Source of the DNA: Octopus bimaculoides
Taxonomy: Eukaryota
Assembly (NCBI RefSeq): GCF_001194135.2
Contig: NC_068987.1
Location: forward strand, 83,892,851 to 83,944,064
Length of the DNA: 51,214 nt
Direction: 5' to 3'
This document shows positions 36,043 through 47,742 of this stretch, piece by piece. The notes under the pieces were generated by a model. It saw nothing but the letters and a program-made list of their open reading frames with translations, searched no databases and was not told the DNA's origin. The first letter of the stretch is position 1. Every line of letters begins with the position of its first letter. Made by a program: the position numbers and the translations under genes.

Positions 36043-37559
36043 AGTTTTCTGGAAATTCAATAATGAATGGAACAATGGAAATATGGAAATCGTTTCTAAA
36101 ATTCAAATTACAAATCGTTACTATTGTTGTTATTTAAATTCCAATGATGGCAATTTATTTCTTAGAAACTATCCCATTTTTATAGAGAGAATTCAAAGAA
36201 TAAAATGAAAATAAAAATGCATACATACATAAGCGTGTGTGTGTGTGGATGCATATATATAGACTTAGGCAAAAATTTATTTCTTCAGTAAATGTTTTAA
36301 CTAAACATTCACTTAACAACAAACACGTGTTCTTACCATCCTATTTACATGTACTTTTACCAATTTTAACGGGTCAATGTAAAGAATTGTCAATATTGTG
36401 CTTTCTGCTTGATGGGTTTTAGACAAAATACATCGGGGAAATTTCAGTGATTCATTAAATTTATTTCTGTTCTCGAGAAACATTTATTAGCTTTCAATTC
36501 GAGTTCTGCTTGTCAAAAGTAAATATTTAATGTATATATTAAATGCATACGTGTAACAATTTCTTGCACGGCACATTTCAAATATTTATTTGCTTATCAA
36601 CATATCAACGAACTTATGCAAGTTACGTGTGTGTGTGTGTGTGTGCACGTATATGTGTATGTATGTACGTGCGTGCCTGTGTATGTGTATGTGAGTGTGT
36701 GTATCATAATAGTTGCGTGTGTATAAATATTTATAAAGTGTTAATGAATTTTTTTCCTTATTTAATAAATAGCCATTTACTTTTTAATGGGAATTAAACA
36801 AATATGGAGGCAACAATATAAATCGTTGTAGCAGTTACAGTTTTTTTCTTTCTTCACTACGTGATAGATCATCATATGATGAATATTCTCAATGAATAAA
36901 TAAATATGTATTCTAGCTGGTGATATTTCTGGTTGGAAATGTCTGAAAAAAATTAATCTTACATCATTTCGTTTAATATATATATATATCACTCGTCATC
37001 ATAAATTATTTTCTGATAGAGTTATATCTCTGTAAGCAGAATATATCTCAAAATCAGGTAAGAATATTTAGGAAACTTGTTTAGACTATTTTTCCGAGTT
37101 GCTTCCTTTCTAAAAATAATAAAACGCAAGAAATATTTAGCAACAGATGTAATCTGTAGCTTAATAAAAGGTGTAAAAGAAATCAATCGATAAACTGATA
37201 AATAATGAACTATTCGATCATATTTATCATGGTGACCTTTGTTGAGCGACAAAGATTTACAAAGTTAATGATAAAAAGTGTATGAAAGACATTGAAGTCA
37301 TTTAATGTATATCGATCAGTAAAAAACAAGTACTAATCGTGGGGTGGGGAGATGTGTGTACCTTAAGGTCCTAGAAGAACTATAAGAATTTGGCGAAGAT
37401 TGGAATCATAGTGACGTTACAATGAAATTGCAACTGGAAGTTTGAAGTAGGAATAAGAAAGTGGCGTAGAGAAGTACACAAAAGAACTTGTTTCAAAGAC
37501 TTTTATCAAACCGTTAATCCCTTCGCTAATCCCTAATTTTTTCTTTCTCGTTTTTTTTT

Positions 37560-37725
37560 TTTTGTTTTATTTCTACGTTCTCTCTTCATTTTTTCTGCTC
37601 AATCCTTTCTGTGGAAGAACGTAGACTCGAAACATCAAATACTTTTTCATTCTTCTCGAGCGTTAAACTAATACACTTGCTAGTTGTTCCTTCACCCGTC
37701 TTCGTCTTTTGTTTTCTGTAAATTT
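37560..37725 (+). mobile_element. Family H1 copy with decayed HHR (about 37605-37640)
   Basis: cctttCTGTGGAagaacgtagactcGAAACatcaaa...ctcgagcgttaaactaatacac. Confidence 0.7.
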
Positions 37726-38518
37726 GAACTATGTATTGATCTATGTGTTTCCACGACCCTTAGCACACGCATACAGAAACACAAGCACGCAAATAAAATA
37801 TATCTTATTCAGATATAAACATCTTCTTCATATATTAATGTCACAATATTGCAGGATATTAAATGATTGGGCTAATTGTAATACTTACATTTAACCGTCC
37901 AAATAATCTCTACGTACAGTTATTAAAAGATATACAAGTTTCATACCTTAGCAACCACGTTTGGAGGAAGAGAGGTTTTATATGCAATGCGTTCTGTTAC
38001 GATTATCGGCGAGACAGTGATTAGCGAGATAATGCATTATCGTTTAATCTCAGGTTCTATTTATGTTATACACACACACACATTAGTATTATAAAGCATA
38101 ACTATTCATATTTATGGATATCTATACTTGTGATATTTTTTGTATCACGAAAGGGTAATTATGCTAACAATGAACAAAATGTGAATTTAACATTTGACGA
38201 ATTGTTTTATCGATTGCTTGATTAATATGCATGAACAGCGTGACCAAGTAGTTAAGACGATCACTTCCCAACTACAATATACTGATTTCAATCCCACTTC
38301 ATAGAATCTTCGGCGGATTTATTTACTAAACTCATAAACAATATCTACGTGTGTACCTTTTAAACATTTAAACCTGCTGTGTAAATCTACACAAGTGGAA
38401 GGCAGCCAAATTCTTTCTTATTTACTTATATACTCCAGCCACACTGAAACCAGAATCCTTCCTCGCTGCTGCTTTGAACTCGTAACACGTACGCATTTAT
38501 ACACCTCATTGCTTTCAG

Positions 38519-38629
38519 CTGTCACGCCGTAGTATACTCACAATGTTCTTGGGGGAATAGGTTTAAACAGGCTGTAGATATTTTATACATTAAATTCAAC
38601 CCTGCAACTGGCCGGTTGTTCTTTACCAT
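38519..38629 (+). CDS. Candidate internal coding exon (111 bp, phase 2-2), product unknown
   Basis: Acceptor cctcattgctttcag, donor CAT|GTGAGT. Only one frame is open: CHAVVYSQCSWGNRFKQAVDILYIKFNPATGRLFFT. Confidence 0.35.
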
Positions 38630-38785
38630 GTGAGTGGTTCTGTGCGTGTGGGGAGGTACCAATTATGTGTCAGCCAGAGCTAGCCAGTGTGGTGTGCAAA
38701 TATCCCCTCAGAGAGCTTTCTGGTAAAGACTAAGATGCGGTCGGTAGAAGGTCAACTTTTGAACCAATATTCAAAATGTCTTTTA

Positions 38786-38985
38786 TCTTTTTCTTGTTTC
38801 AGTCATTTTAACTGCGGTCATGCTGGAGTAAAACCTTGAAGGGTTTTAGTCCAACAAGTCAACCCCAGGCTTTATTATTTTTCTTTTAAATTTGTACTTA
38901 TTCTATCGGTCTCTTTGGACGAATCACTAAGTTACGAAGACGTAAAAACATCAACACGGGTTGTCAAACTGTGGGAGAGTGAAAC
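38786..38985 (-). mobile_element. SINE B 3' part
   Basis: tttcagtcattttaactgcggtcatgctggag...ctaagttacgaagacgtaaaaacatc. Confidence 0.8.
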
Positions 38986-39911
38986 CCTAGGACACACATA
39001 CACACACACATGTATATATATATATATATATATATATNNNNNNNNNNNNNNNNNNNNNNNNNNNNNNNNNNNNNNNNNNNNNNNNNNNNNNNNNNNNNNN
39101 NNNNNNNNNNNNNNNNNNNNNNNNNNNNNNNNNNNNNNNNNNNNNNNNNNNNNNNNNNNNNNNNNNNNNNNNNNNNNNNNNNNNNNNNNNNNNNNNNNNN
39201 NNNNNNNNNNNNNNNNNNNNNNNNNNNNNNNNNNNNNNNNNNNNNNNNNNNNNNNNNNNNNNNNNNNNNNNNNNNNNNNNNNNNNNNNNNNNNNNNNNNN
39301 NNNNNNNNNNNNNNNNNNNNNNNNNNNNNNNNNNNNNNNNNNNNNNNNNNNNNNNNNNNNNNNNNNNNNNNNNNNNNNNNNNNNNNNNNNNNNNNNNNNN
39401 NNNNNNNNNNNNNNNNNNNNNNNNNNNNNNNNNNNNNNNNNNNNNNNNNNNNNNNNNNNNNNNNNNNNNNNNNNNNNNNNNNNNNNNNNNNNNNNNNNNN
39501 NNNNNNNNNNNNNNNNNNNNNNNNNNNNNNNNNNNNNNNNNNNNNNNNNNNNNNNNNNNNNNNNNNNNNNNNNNNNNNNNNNNNNNNNNNNNNNNNNNNN
39601 NNNNNNNNNNNNNNNNNNNNNNNNNNNNNNNNNNNNNNNNNNNNNNNNNNNNNNNNNNNNNNNNNNNNNNNNNNNNNNNNNNNNNNNNNNNNNNNNNNNN
39701 NNNNNNNNNNNNNNNNNNNNNNNNNNNNNNNNNNNNNNNNNNNNNNNNNNNNNNNNNNNNNNNNNNNNNNNNNNNNNNNNNNNNNNNNNNNNNNNNNNNA
39801 CAACTTAGTTTATAGATTCTCAGAATTTGAAATGCTTTCTCCTTAAGGCCTTTAAATACTAGGATACATCAACCAACATTGGTGACTTCGATGTCGGATA
39901 TATTCAGAAAA

Positions 39912-40137
39912 TAACCCTTTCCACTATAGACATAAGGCCTGGAATTTCAGGGGAATTGTCGATTATATCGTCGACCCCAGTACGCAACTGGTACTTAATT
40001 TATCGACCTTGAAAGGATGAAAGGCAAAGTCGACCTCGGTGGAATTTGAACTCAGAACGTAGCAGCAGACGAAATACCGCTAGGCACCTCATCCAGCGTG
40101 CGTGCGAACGTTTATCGTTTCTGCCAGCTCGCCGCCT
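39912..40137 (-). mobile_element. SINE family A
   Basis: Full reverse match, flanked by tattcagaaa at about 39901 and 40140. Confidence 0.9.
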
Positions 40138-40185
40138 GTATTCAGAAACTAACGGATAAGAAGTATATTTAAGAAAATATGAATA

Positions 40186-40842
40186 TCGTCGAGCTGGCAG
40201 AATCGTTAGCACGCCAGGGAAAATGCTTAGCGGTATTTCGTCTGTCTTTACGTTCTGAGTTCAAATTCCGCCGAGGTCGACCTTACCTTTCATCCTTTCA
40301 AGATCGATAAATCAAGTACCAGTTACGCACTGGGGTCGATCTAATCAACTGACCGCCTCCCCTAAAATTCCGGGCCTTGTGCCTAGAATAGAAAAGAATA
40401 TGAATGTAATAAAGATGGCGAGCTGGCAGAAATGTTAGCACACCGGACAATATGCTTAGCGATATGTCGTCTGTCTTTATGTTCTGAGTTCAAATTCCAC
40501 CGAGGTCGACTTTGCCTTTTATCCTTTCAGGGTCGATAAATAAAGTACCAGTTACGCACTGGGGTCGATCTAATCGACTTAATCCCTTTGTCTGTCCTTG
40601 TTTGTCCCCACTATGTTTAGCCCCTTGTGGGCAATAAAGAAATAAAAAAACTTCAGCACACCGGGCGAAATGCTAAGCGGTATTTCGTTTGTCTTTAAGT
40701 TTTGAGTTCAAATTCCGCCGAGGTCGACCTTATCTTTCATCCTTTCGGGGCTGATAAATTAAGTACCAGTTGCGTACTGGGATCGATCTAATCGGCTGGC
40801 CCCAAAACTTTCGGGCCTTGTGCCTTGAGTAGAAACCAATAT
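40186..40842 (+). mobile_element. Cluster of three SINE A copies (40186-40400, 40412-40644, headless 40645-40842)
   Basis: Family motifs; the middle copy has tail 1 and the others tail 2. Confidence 0.9.
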
Positions 40843-41044
40843 GAATGTAGCATCAAAGGATATCGATATTTGTATGAAAATGGTATTTCTCAGCGATATA
40901 CGTATAATATACATATATACTTCTATAAACGTATATACACACATGTATATGTATGTGAGTCAATCATTTTTGAGTATTTCTAAAAGTCATATACGAGTAC
41001 ATTTATAAGAAATGAAATAAAGCGCGAAATTAATGTTAATTTGC

Positions 41045-41142
41045 TTCACATTCTTTCGGGGTCGATAATTTGAGCAAAGGGATCGACGTGATCGACTTCT
41101 TCTCTCAAAATTGTTTGCCTTGTACCAAAATTAGGAAGAATG
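41045..41142 (+). mobile_element. SINE A 3' fragment
   Basis: ctttcggggtcgataa...gatcgact...gccttgtaccaaaatt. Confidence 0.65.
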
Positions 41143-41165
41143 TATATGCGTGTGTATATACATAC

Positions 41166-41209
<44 letters not shown>

Positions 41210-41519
41210 CCTCTGTGTGTGTGTGAGTGTATGGAGCAAAAAGTACTGGAAGAATAATTGAAACAACGTCGGTAACGTTTCCAGTGATATATTTTTACTA
41301 AAATTCTTTTCATCCCATTCTGAACTTTATCAGACATATATTCGTTCATGATACTAAACACGCTTTTAAATAAAAATCCACCAAATTTTGTAGTACTTAA
41401 TACTCGTTCAAACATATCAATAATTTCTTTTTCATTCACATGTGCTAAATCCGTAGAGTATACGCGGTAATTCAATGCCGATCTCTCCATGTCACTAAAG
41501 TTCACACAATTCAATCGCA

Positions 41520-41690
41520 CTCGCACACACACACACACACGCAGACGCGCGCGCGCGCACACGCGTGCGCGCACACGCGTGCGCGCACACACACGCACAC
41601 ATACACACACACACTCGCACGCGCGCGCGCGCACACACACACACACTCACACACACACACACACACTCACACACACACACACACACACAA
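41520..41690. repeat. (CA)n/(CG)n alternating purine-pyrimidine tract
   Basis: Direct. Confidence 0.9.
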
Positions 41691-41974
41691 ATCAAATTTT
41701 TTTTCCCCCTCACAGCTAAAATCTGGAGTTCTCTTTTATGTTAAGATGTCATTAACTATGAAAGAAGAGTCTTTGATTTAACACCCGAAATGTTTTTTCT
41801 TCTTCTAAAGTTTCAGAAATCTCAAGATGGTTATAGTGAAGAAAATTTCTATAATTGCTTTGTGTCTTATTTAGAGAAATAAATGCCTTGGAAATGTAAG
41901 AAGCCATTCCCGAATGACCAAATTACATTTATTATCTGCACATTCAGTTTGATTCTGTTTGTTTTTACTTTCAG

Positions 41975-42003
41975 ATGAAGTAACTGAGACGGAAGAGAAA
42001 TGA
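41975..42003 (+). other. Candidate terminal exon ((D)EVTETEEK*)
   Basis: Strong acceptor tgtttgtttttactttcag, short open phase-1 frame, tandem stops TGA TAG. Confidence 0.25.
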
Positions 42004-42790
42004 TAGACGCCATCTTGGTTCTAAAGATTACTGGCATATTCCAAATGTAAATGTAAGAATTTTAGAGTATTGCATTCCACTTATCAATATCATTATCTAA
42101 GATATATCTCTCTACCGCAGCAGAAAGACCCTCTGAGGGATTTCAAATTCAATCAATTTATTGATGTTTTTCTATTTTGCATTGATTCCCAAATGGCTTT
42201 CGTTAAAATTTCAAATTTTCAAATTTAAATATCCTCTTACACTCGGAGCATCACAAAACAAAGACATACATGTGAATGCAAACGCCGAGACCCACACATA
42301 CAAAAACACATATGCGCGCATTCTGTGACACACGACCCAAGGAATATGTAGTGTACACAAAAAAAAAACTAACACATAAATACATACATAAAAAGAAAAC
42401 CAATTTAAGACTAATACAAGTAATGCTGATTAGAAATGATTAAAATGTTTACAAATCGGCAGACCATTCGTTTTAAAAATGTATCTATTAATAATTATTT
42501 ATTTACACAAACTCACATACACGCAAGCATAGACTGTCGTCCACTCATTTAGACGCATGCATATCTGCAGACAAGCTCAAATAATCTCCAACCAGCGTTG
42601 AGAAGGTCGCTAATCTAATTTATGTTTCAGCTGATGTCATTCTCGTTGAGTTATTTATGTTTTGCTGTATTCTTTAGCTATTTAAATATTTTAATGCTTT
42701 CCGTCAATGGATCGCTGCCATGCTGGTCCATGTCTAGCAAAGCTGGACAACCACCTGTTGTTTACATCAAATCAAATGCATAATTTGTCT

Positions 42791-43010
42791 AGAAGCGTGG
42801 CGTAGTGGTGATGGTGTAGCACTCTTCATCGCAAGAATGTAGTTTCGATTACCGGAAAGGGAAGTGTGTCTTGTTCTCGAGCAAAGCACTTCATTTCACG
42901 TTGCTCCAGTCCACCCATCTATGAATCGAAAGCCCTGCAACGAAATGGCGTCTCGTTCAACTGGAATCAGGGTCAGGCTATGATATAGGTCCCTTATGCG
43001 CCATTGAAAC
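42791..43010 (+). mobile_element. SINE family D
   Basis: tggcgtagtggtg...gtttcgattacc...ctcgagcaaagcacttcatttcacgttgctccagtccac. Confidence 0.75.
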
Positions 43011-43019
43011 TATGTTAGG

Positions 43020-43230
43020 GTATGTCTACAAGAATTTGTAGCAATATTTTCAAGAGACTGAATCTTACTTTGTGGACCTGGAAAAGGCATATGTCCATAC
43101 GTCGTAGGATATGCCATGCAGAAGTTTTCAGAAGTCTGAGATTGATGGGCAGCTTCTCGTTGTTTTGAAGTCCTTCACCAGGAGTGCGTGTTATACATAA
43201 TGTTTACAAATGGATCTACATGCACAACCG
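43020..43230 (+). mobile_element. LINE reverse transcriptase fragment (RTE-like)
   Basis: YFVDLEKAY...EIDGQLLVVLKS (the FxDLEKAYD RT motif). Confidence 0.7.
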
Positions 43231-43351
43231 AGGCGGAAGTGGTACCAAATTCAGCGGTTGTAGGACCAGCATATTAATATTTGTGAATGACAGGGCTCTG
43301 CTTAATTCAGCAGAATGTGATCCCCAGCATGCACTAAATTTGCCTTTAATC

Positions 43352-43445
43352 CCTTCGGCGAAATTTGAACTCAGAACGTAAAGACAGACGAAATACCGCA
43401 AAGCATTTCGCCCAGCGTGCTAACGTTTTCGCCAGGTCACCGTCT
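43352..43445 (-). mobile_element. SINE A 5' half
   Basis: tttgaactcagaacgtaaagacagacgaaataccgc..catttcgcccagcgtgctaacg. Confidence 0.85.
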
Positions 43446-43769
43446 CATAACTAGAAATATTGACTAATGTGTGCATGCCGGCGTGTGAAGGAATAAAATT
43501 GTTAAGGTCTACCTATGAAAAGCAGGCATCTTGTTTCAATATGTTTTTCCTTCTGCGACCAGGAAAAGATATCGCCCTGGATAGTTTCAGTATGTATTAG
43601 TGCTTCATCAGTGACCAGGTGCTTATTCATCTCAAGAGAGAGAATTGTTACTTATTGCTATTTATATAAGTTCGTGCAAACTAATTTTGCTCACCTATTT
43701 CGTATAAGAGTGCAAACGTTTGAAAAAGTACATCCATAATTCTAAAATGTAATGATATGACTTCAGCTT

Positions 43770-44156
43770 TCATGCTGTCTCTCACTACCACTCGATTTCT
43801 ATCTCCCTCTCTCTCTCTTTCTCTCCATAATTCTTTATATACACATAAATACACATATACACATGTGTGTATATGCATATATATATTTATATATATACAT
43901 ACATACATATATATCTATATATATATGTCTCTTTCTATATATATATATATATGTGTGTGTGTATGTATATATATGTGTGTGCGTGTGTGTGTGTATATGC
44001 ATGCACACACATGTATATATGTATGTATATTTGTACATGTGTATATGCATAGAAATATATACACGTATACGTACACATACACACACACAAACATATATAT
44101 ATACACAAACATCTATATGTATATAAACACGTATATATGAATACACCCACATACAC

Positions 44157-44205
<49 letters not shown>

Positions 44206-44402
44206 NNNNNNNNNNNNNNNNNNNNNNNNNNNNNNNNNNNNNNNNNNNNNNNNNNNNNNNNNNNNNNNNNNNNNNNNNNNNNNNNNNNNNNNNNNNNNNN
44301 NNNNNNNNNNNNNNNNNNNNNNNNNNNNNNNNNNNNNNNNNNNNNNNNNNNNNTTTGGGAATTTACGTGAAAAATAAACATTTTAACCACGTTGCTATCG
44401 TG

Positions 44403-44440
<38 letters not shown>
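43770..44440. repeat. (TA)/(TG)/(CA) microsatellite complex around an N-gap
   Basis: Direct. Confidence 0.9.
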
Positions 44441-44441
<1 letters not shown>

Positions 44442-44887
44442 AAGCAAATTTGTATACATACATTTAATGTTTCCATTTGTCTACACAAAGAAAAAAAAAA
44501 CGGTAAGGCATCAACATCGCCAACATTCTACACAGTAAATTTTAGAATAATTAGTGACAATAAAGTGCAATTATTTCCTTACATCACTTTCAGAATCTGC
44601 ATCCAATTTCGGCACTGATGCATGAAGTTTGGATAATGCATAAATCTAAGCCTTTGCTAATGAAGTTGTCAAGCTCAACACCTCCACTGCGAAGCTCCTC
44701 GTGATTCTATTTACTTGTGCAATATTCAGCAGGTGAGTATCCGCCCACACACCTGACAAACGTGCACACGCATGCTCAAACGCAAGCACGCATCCACACA
44801 TGCAAGCCCCCATCCCACCACATATTTATATAGGATGAGTAAGACAAGACAGGATGTAGGCTTTAGAAATAAATGATGCACTCATTG

Positions 44888-44919
<32 letters not shown>

Positions 44920-44926
44920 ATATATA

Positions 44927-45035
44927 CGCCCGAAACGTCATACACTCTCTCTTTCCTTTCCTGAGCGTCCAATAATACTATCCATATCACGTCCTCACTT
45001 TGTTGTTTTTTTTTGTTTTTTTGTTATTGTTTTTT
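44927..45035 (+). mobile_element. Fragment of an H1-related repeat between (TA)n tracts
   Basis: gcccGAAACGTCataca...ttcctgagcgtccaataatacta parallels the H1 3' half; the CUGA half is missing. Confidence 0.45.
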
Positions 45036-45540
45036 TGAACTATATATATATATATATATACACACATGCACAAACGCGCACACTCGTATTTGTATACAAA
45101 ACCGTTGTTGGGCAACGAGCCGTGAATCGTTTTAAATAAACCATATATGTGTGTACGCGTCTGTGAATATATGTACGAATATATATGTATTTGTATACAC
45201 ACATGCACACACTCATCTGCAATGCTGACAAGCATTCATATACTATTATTTATGCATTCAACAATTCATATTGACACTCTAAAAAATTTTCTTTGTATCA
45301 ATTTTAACACCACCACACCGCTTCTTCCTTAGTCGAGCACTCCTGCCGGGATTTACTGCTTGTATGAGATAGAATTTTCATCTCTATATAAAATCATTCA
45401 CCATCTTCCCATTATTCGTCCTGTCTCTATTCAATCAACCCCACTACACTATACACACAGCCATATAATCGAAATGTGACTCATTATTCCAGCTAACGGA
45501 TCGTGACCTTGTCGATGAAACATAACTCGTCTCTCGGCAA

Positions 45541-45603
<63 letters not shown>

Positions 45604-46080
45604 CGTCATATTGAAGTAACCTGGACTCTGTCTTTTCTATGCAGACATTACCATAGTTCAAATTAATTCTTAAATATTAATAGAACTTACTCTGAAATGA
45701 AATCATTTAAACGCATTAGATTCTACTCAGTAAAGCTTCTCTGTTTATTTTCCATAAAATATATTTTCCATAAAATATATTTTCCAAATAGGAATAGGCA
45801 TGGCTGTGTGGTTAAGAAGCATTTTTTTTTTCGATATTACATGGTTTCAGGTTCAGTCCCAGGTCGTTGTACATTCTGGTCGGTGAATAAATTGTGAGCA
45901 AATTTGACCATCGGGAACGGCGTGAAAGTCCTTCGTATGTATCTGTGTGTGTTTGTGCGTGTATGCATGTGCAAAACACCCTTTCTTTCTTTCCCCGAGC
46001 GCCATATTTAATACTTTGCATGTACCACATCCTCGCGTTGTTGTTTTTTCTTGTCTTTTATTCTTTTTCATTAACTATAT

Positions 46081-46206
46081 AGGCGCAGGAGTGGCTGTGT
46101 GATAAGTAGCTTGCTTACCAACCATATGATTCCGGGTTCAGTCCCACTGCGTGGCACCTTGGGCGAGTGTCTTATAGTATAGACGGAAACTGAAAGAAGC
46201 CCGTCG

Positions 46207-46239
<33 letters not shown>

Positions 46240-46445
46240 ATATGTTCCTGTGCCTGTGTCCCCCCCCCCCAGCATCACTTGACAACCGATGCTGGTGTGT
46301 TTACGTCCCGGTAATTTAGCGGTTCAGCAAAAGGGACCAATAAAACAAGTACTAGGCTTACAAAGAATAAGTCCTGGGCTCGACTAAAGGCGGTGCTCTA
46401 GCATGGTCGCAGTCAAATGACTGAAAAAAGTAAAAGAGTAAAAGA
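46081..46445 (+). mobile_element. SINE family B (tRNA head, CORE-like segment, internal microsatellite)
   Basis: A-box-like tggctgtgtgataag, B-box-like gggttcagtccc, CORE-like ggcaccttgggcgagtgtctt, then (TA)(TG)n and a tail ending aagtaaaagagtaaaaga. Confidence 0.9.
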
Positions 46446-46945
46446 ATATATATATATATGAAAGAGAGAGGGGGGAAGATGTGTGTTGTGTGTGCACGTC
46501 TCTGTCTCTCTAACCTCCATCACTCAACAACTCGCGTTGATCTGTTTAAACCCCGTTATGTAGCGATTCAGCAACAAAAAATGACAGATTATGTTCCAGA
46601 TTTCAAGAAAGCCTTTTGGTCGATTTGTTCACCTAAACCAGTGATTCTCCATAATTTTCTGTCGATCGATCCCCCTTCGATTCTTATTTTGCTCGGCTGG
46701 ATCTCTGTAGCCCTTCGATGATTCAAAGAATCCTATCATTATATTTTAATCATTAAATATTTTTAGGATTTATGTAAAAAAGAAATTGTTAAAATACTTT
46801 AAAGTAGTTGTATACTGTTAACTTAACGCGACAGTCCCAATAAGGGAATCATGATACTGGTATTTAGCCCTAGGAAACTGGATCGCTTCCTGTCGGCCTT
46901 GACGCATTTCCTGTGTCCTTATGTTTACGAGTCGGAGACAAACAC

Positions 46946-47145
46946 CTCCATCCAGCCAAGCCTGCATCTGTTTCTGACTTTTTGTTCGTCATCAGCCTGG
47001 TGTAGCATGACTTGCTGGCTGAAGATGCCTGTCAAGCTAAGCATCTCCACCCAGCCAAGCCTGCATCCAGGGACATGTTTCTGAGTTTTTGCTTGTCATC
47101 AGCCTGGAGTATCACGACTAGCTGTCTGTAGATGCCTGTCACGCT
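46946..47145 (-). repeat. Two-copy 107-bp tandem unit carrying a hammerhead (retrozyme-like)
   Basis: Units start at 46946 and 47045; the left unit has an 8-nt deletion (cagggaca). Confidence 0.85.
47066..47108 (-). ncRNA. Minimal type I hammerhead ribozyme
   Basis: UCCAGG-CUGAUGA-caagcaaaaacuca-GAAAC-AU-GUC^CCUGGA: perfect 6-bp helix I, palindromic ACAUGU helix III, GUC cleavage triplet. Helix II is weak. Confidence 0.7.
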
Positions 47146-47427
47146 CTCCTATTAAAATACTTTGTTTATTGTAAAAGTTTAACCAATTACTTGCACATAA
47201 AATTTTAACAGCAAAATCTTATAGAGACTCTTAAATCTCTTCTGAGGACTGACTGAGAACTGTTGATATAAACTCTTCTAGGAAGAGCCCCAGTATTGCC
47301 GCATTCTAAAAAAGACAGAAGAAATGAATACAAGATAATTTCAAATTTCAAATCTTTACCGGAAGAGAACTGGACAGTTTATATTCTACCTCTGCGAGAC
47401 AGAATTTGTTTTTCATATATATGAAAT

Positions 47428-47742
47428 AGGCACAGGAGTGGCTGAGTGGTAAGAAGCTTGCTTCCCGGCCACATGGTTCCGGGTTCAGTCCCACTGCGTG
47501 GCACCTTGGGCAAGTGTCTTCTATAGCCGCGGGCCGACCATAGTCTTGTGAGTGGATTTAGTAGACGGAAACTGAAAGAAGCCCGTCATGTATGCATGTA
47601 TTTGTGTGTCTGTGTTTTTCCTCCCCACCATCGATTGACAACCGATGTTAAAGTGTTTACGTCTTCGTAACTTAGCGGTTCGGCAATAGATACCGATAGA
47701 ATAAGTAGTAGGCTTACAAAGTATGGGGTCGATTTGTTTGAC
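47428..47742 (+). mobile_element. SINE family B, runs into an N-gap
   Basis: Matches 46081-46445, including the segment deleted there. Confidence 0.9.

Noticed and set aside
46851-47084. 77-aa plus ORF with KLDRFL over the HHR tandem
   Set aside because: Mostly a translation of the tandem repeat; the LINE-like hexapeptide alone is not significant.
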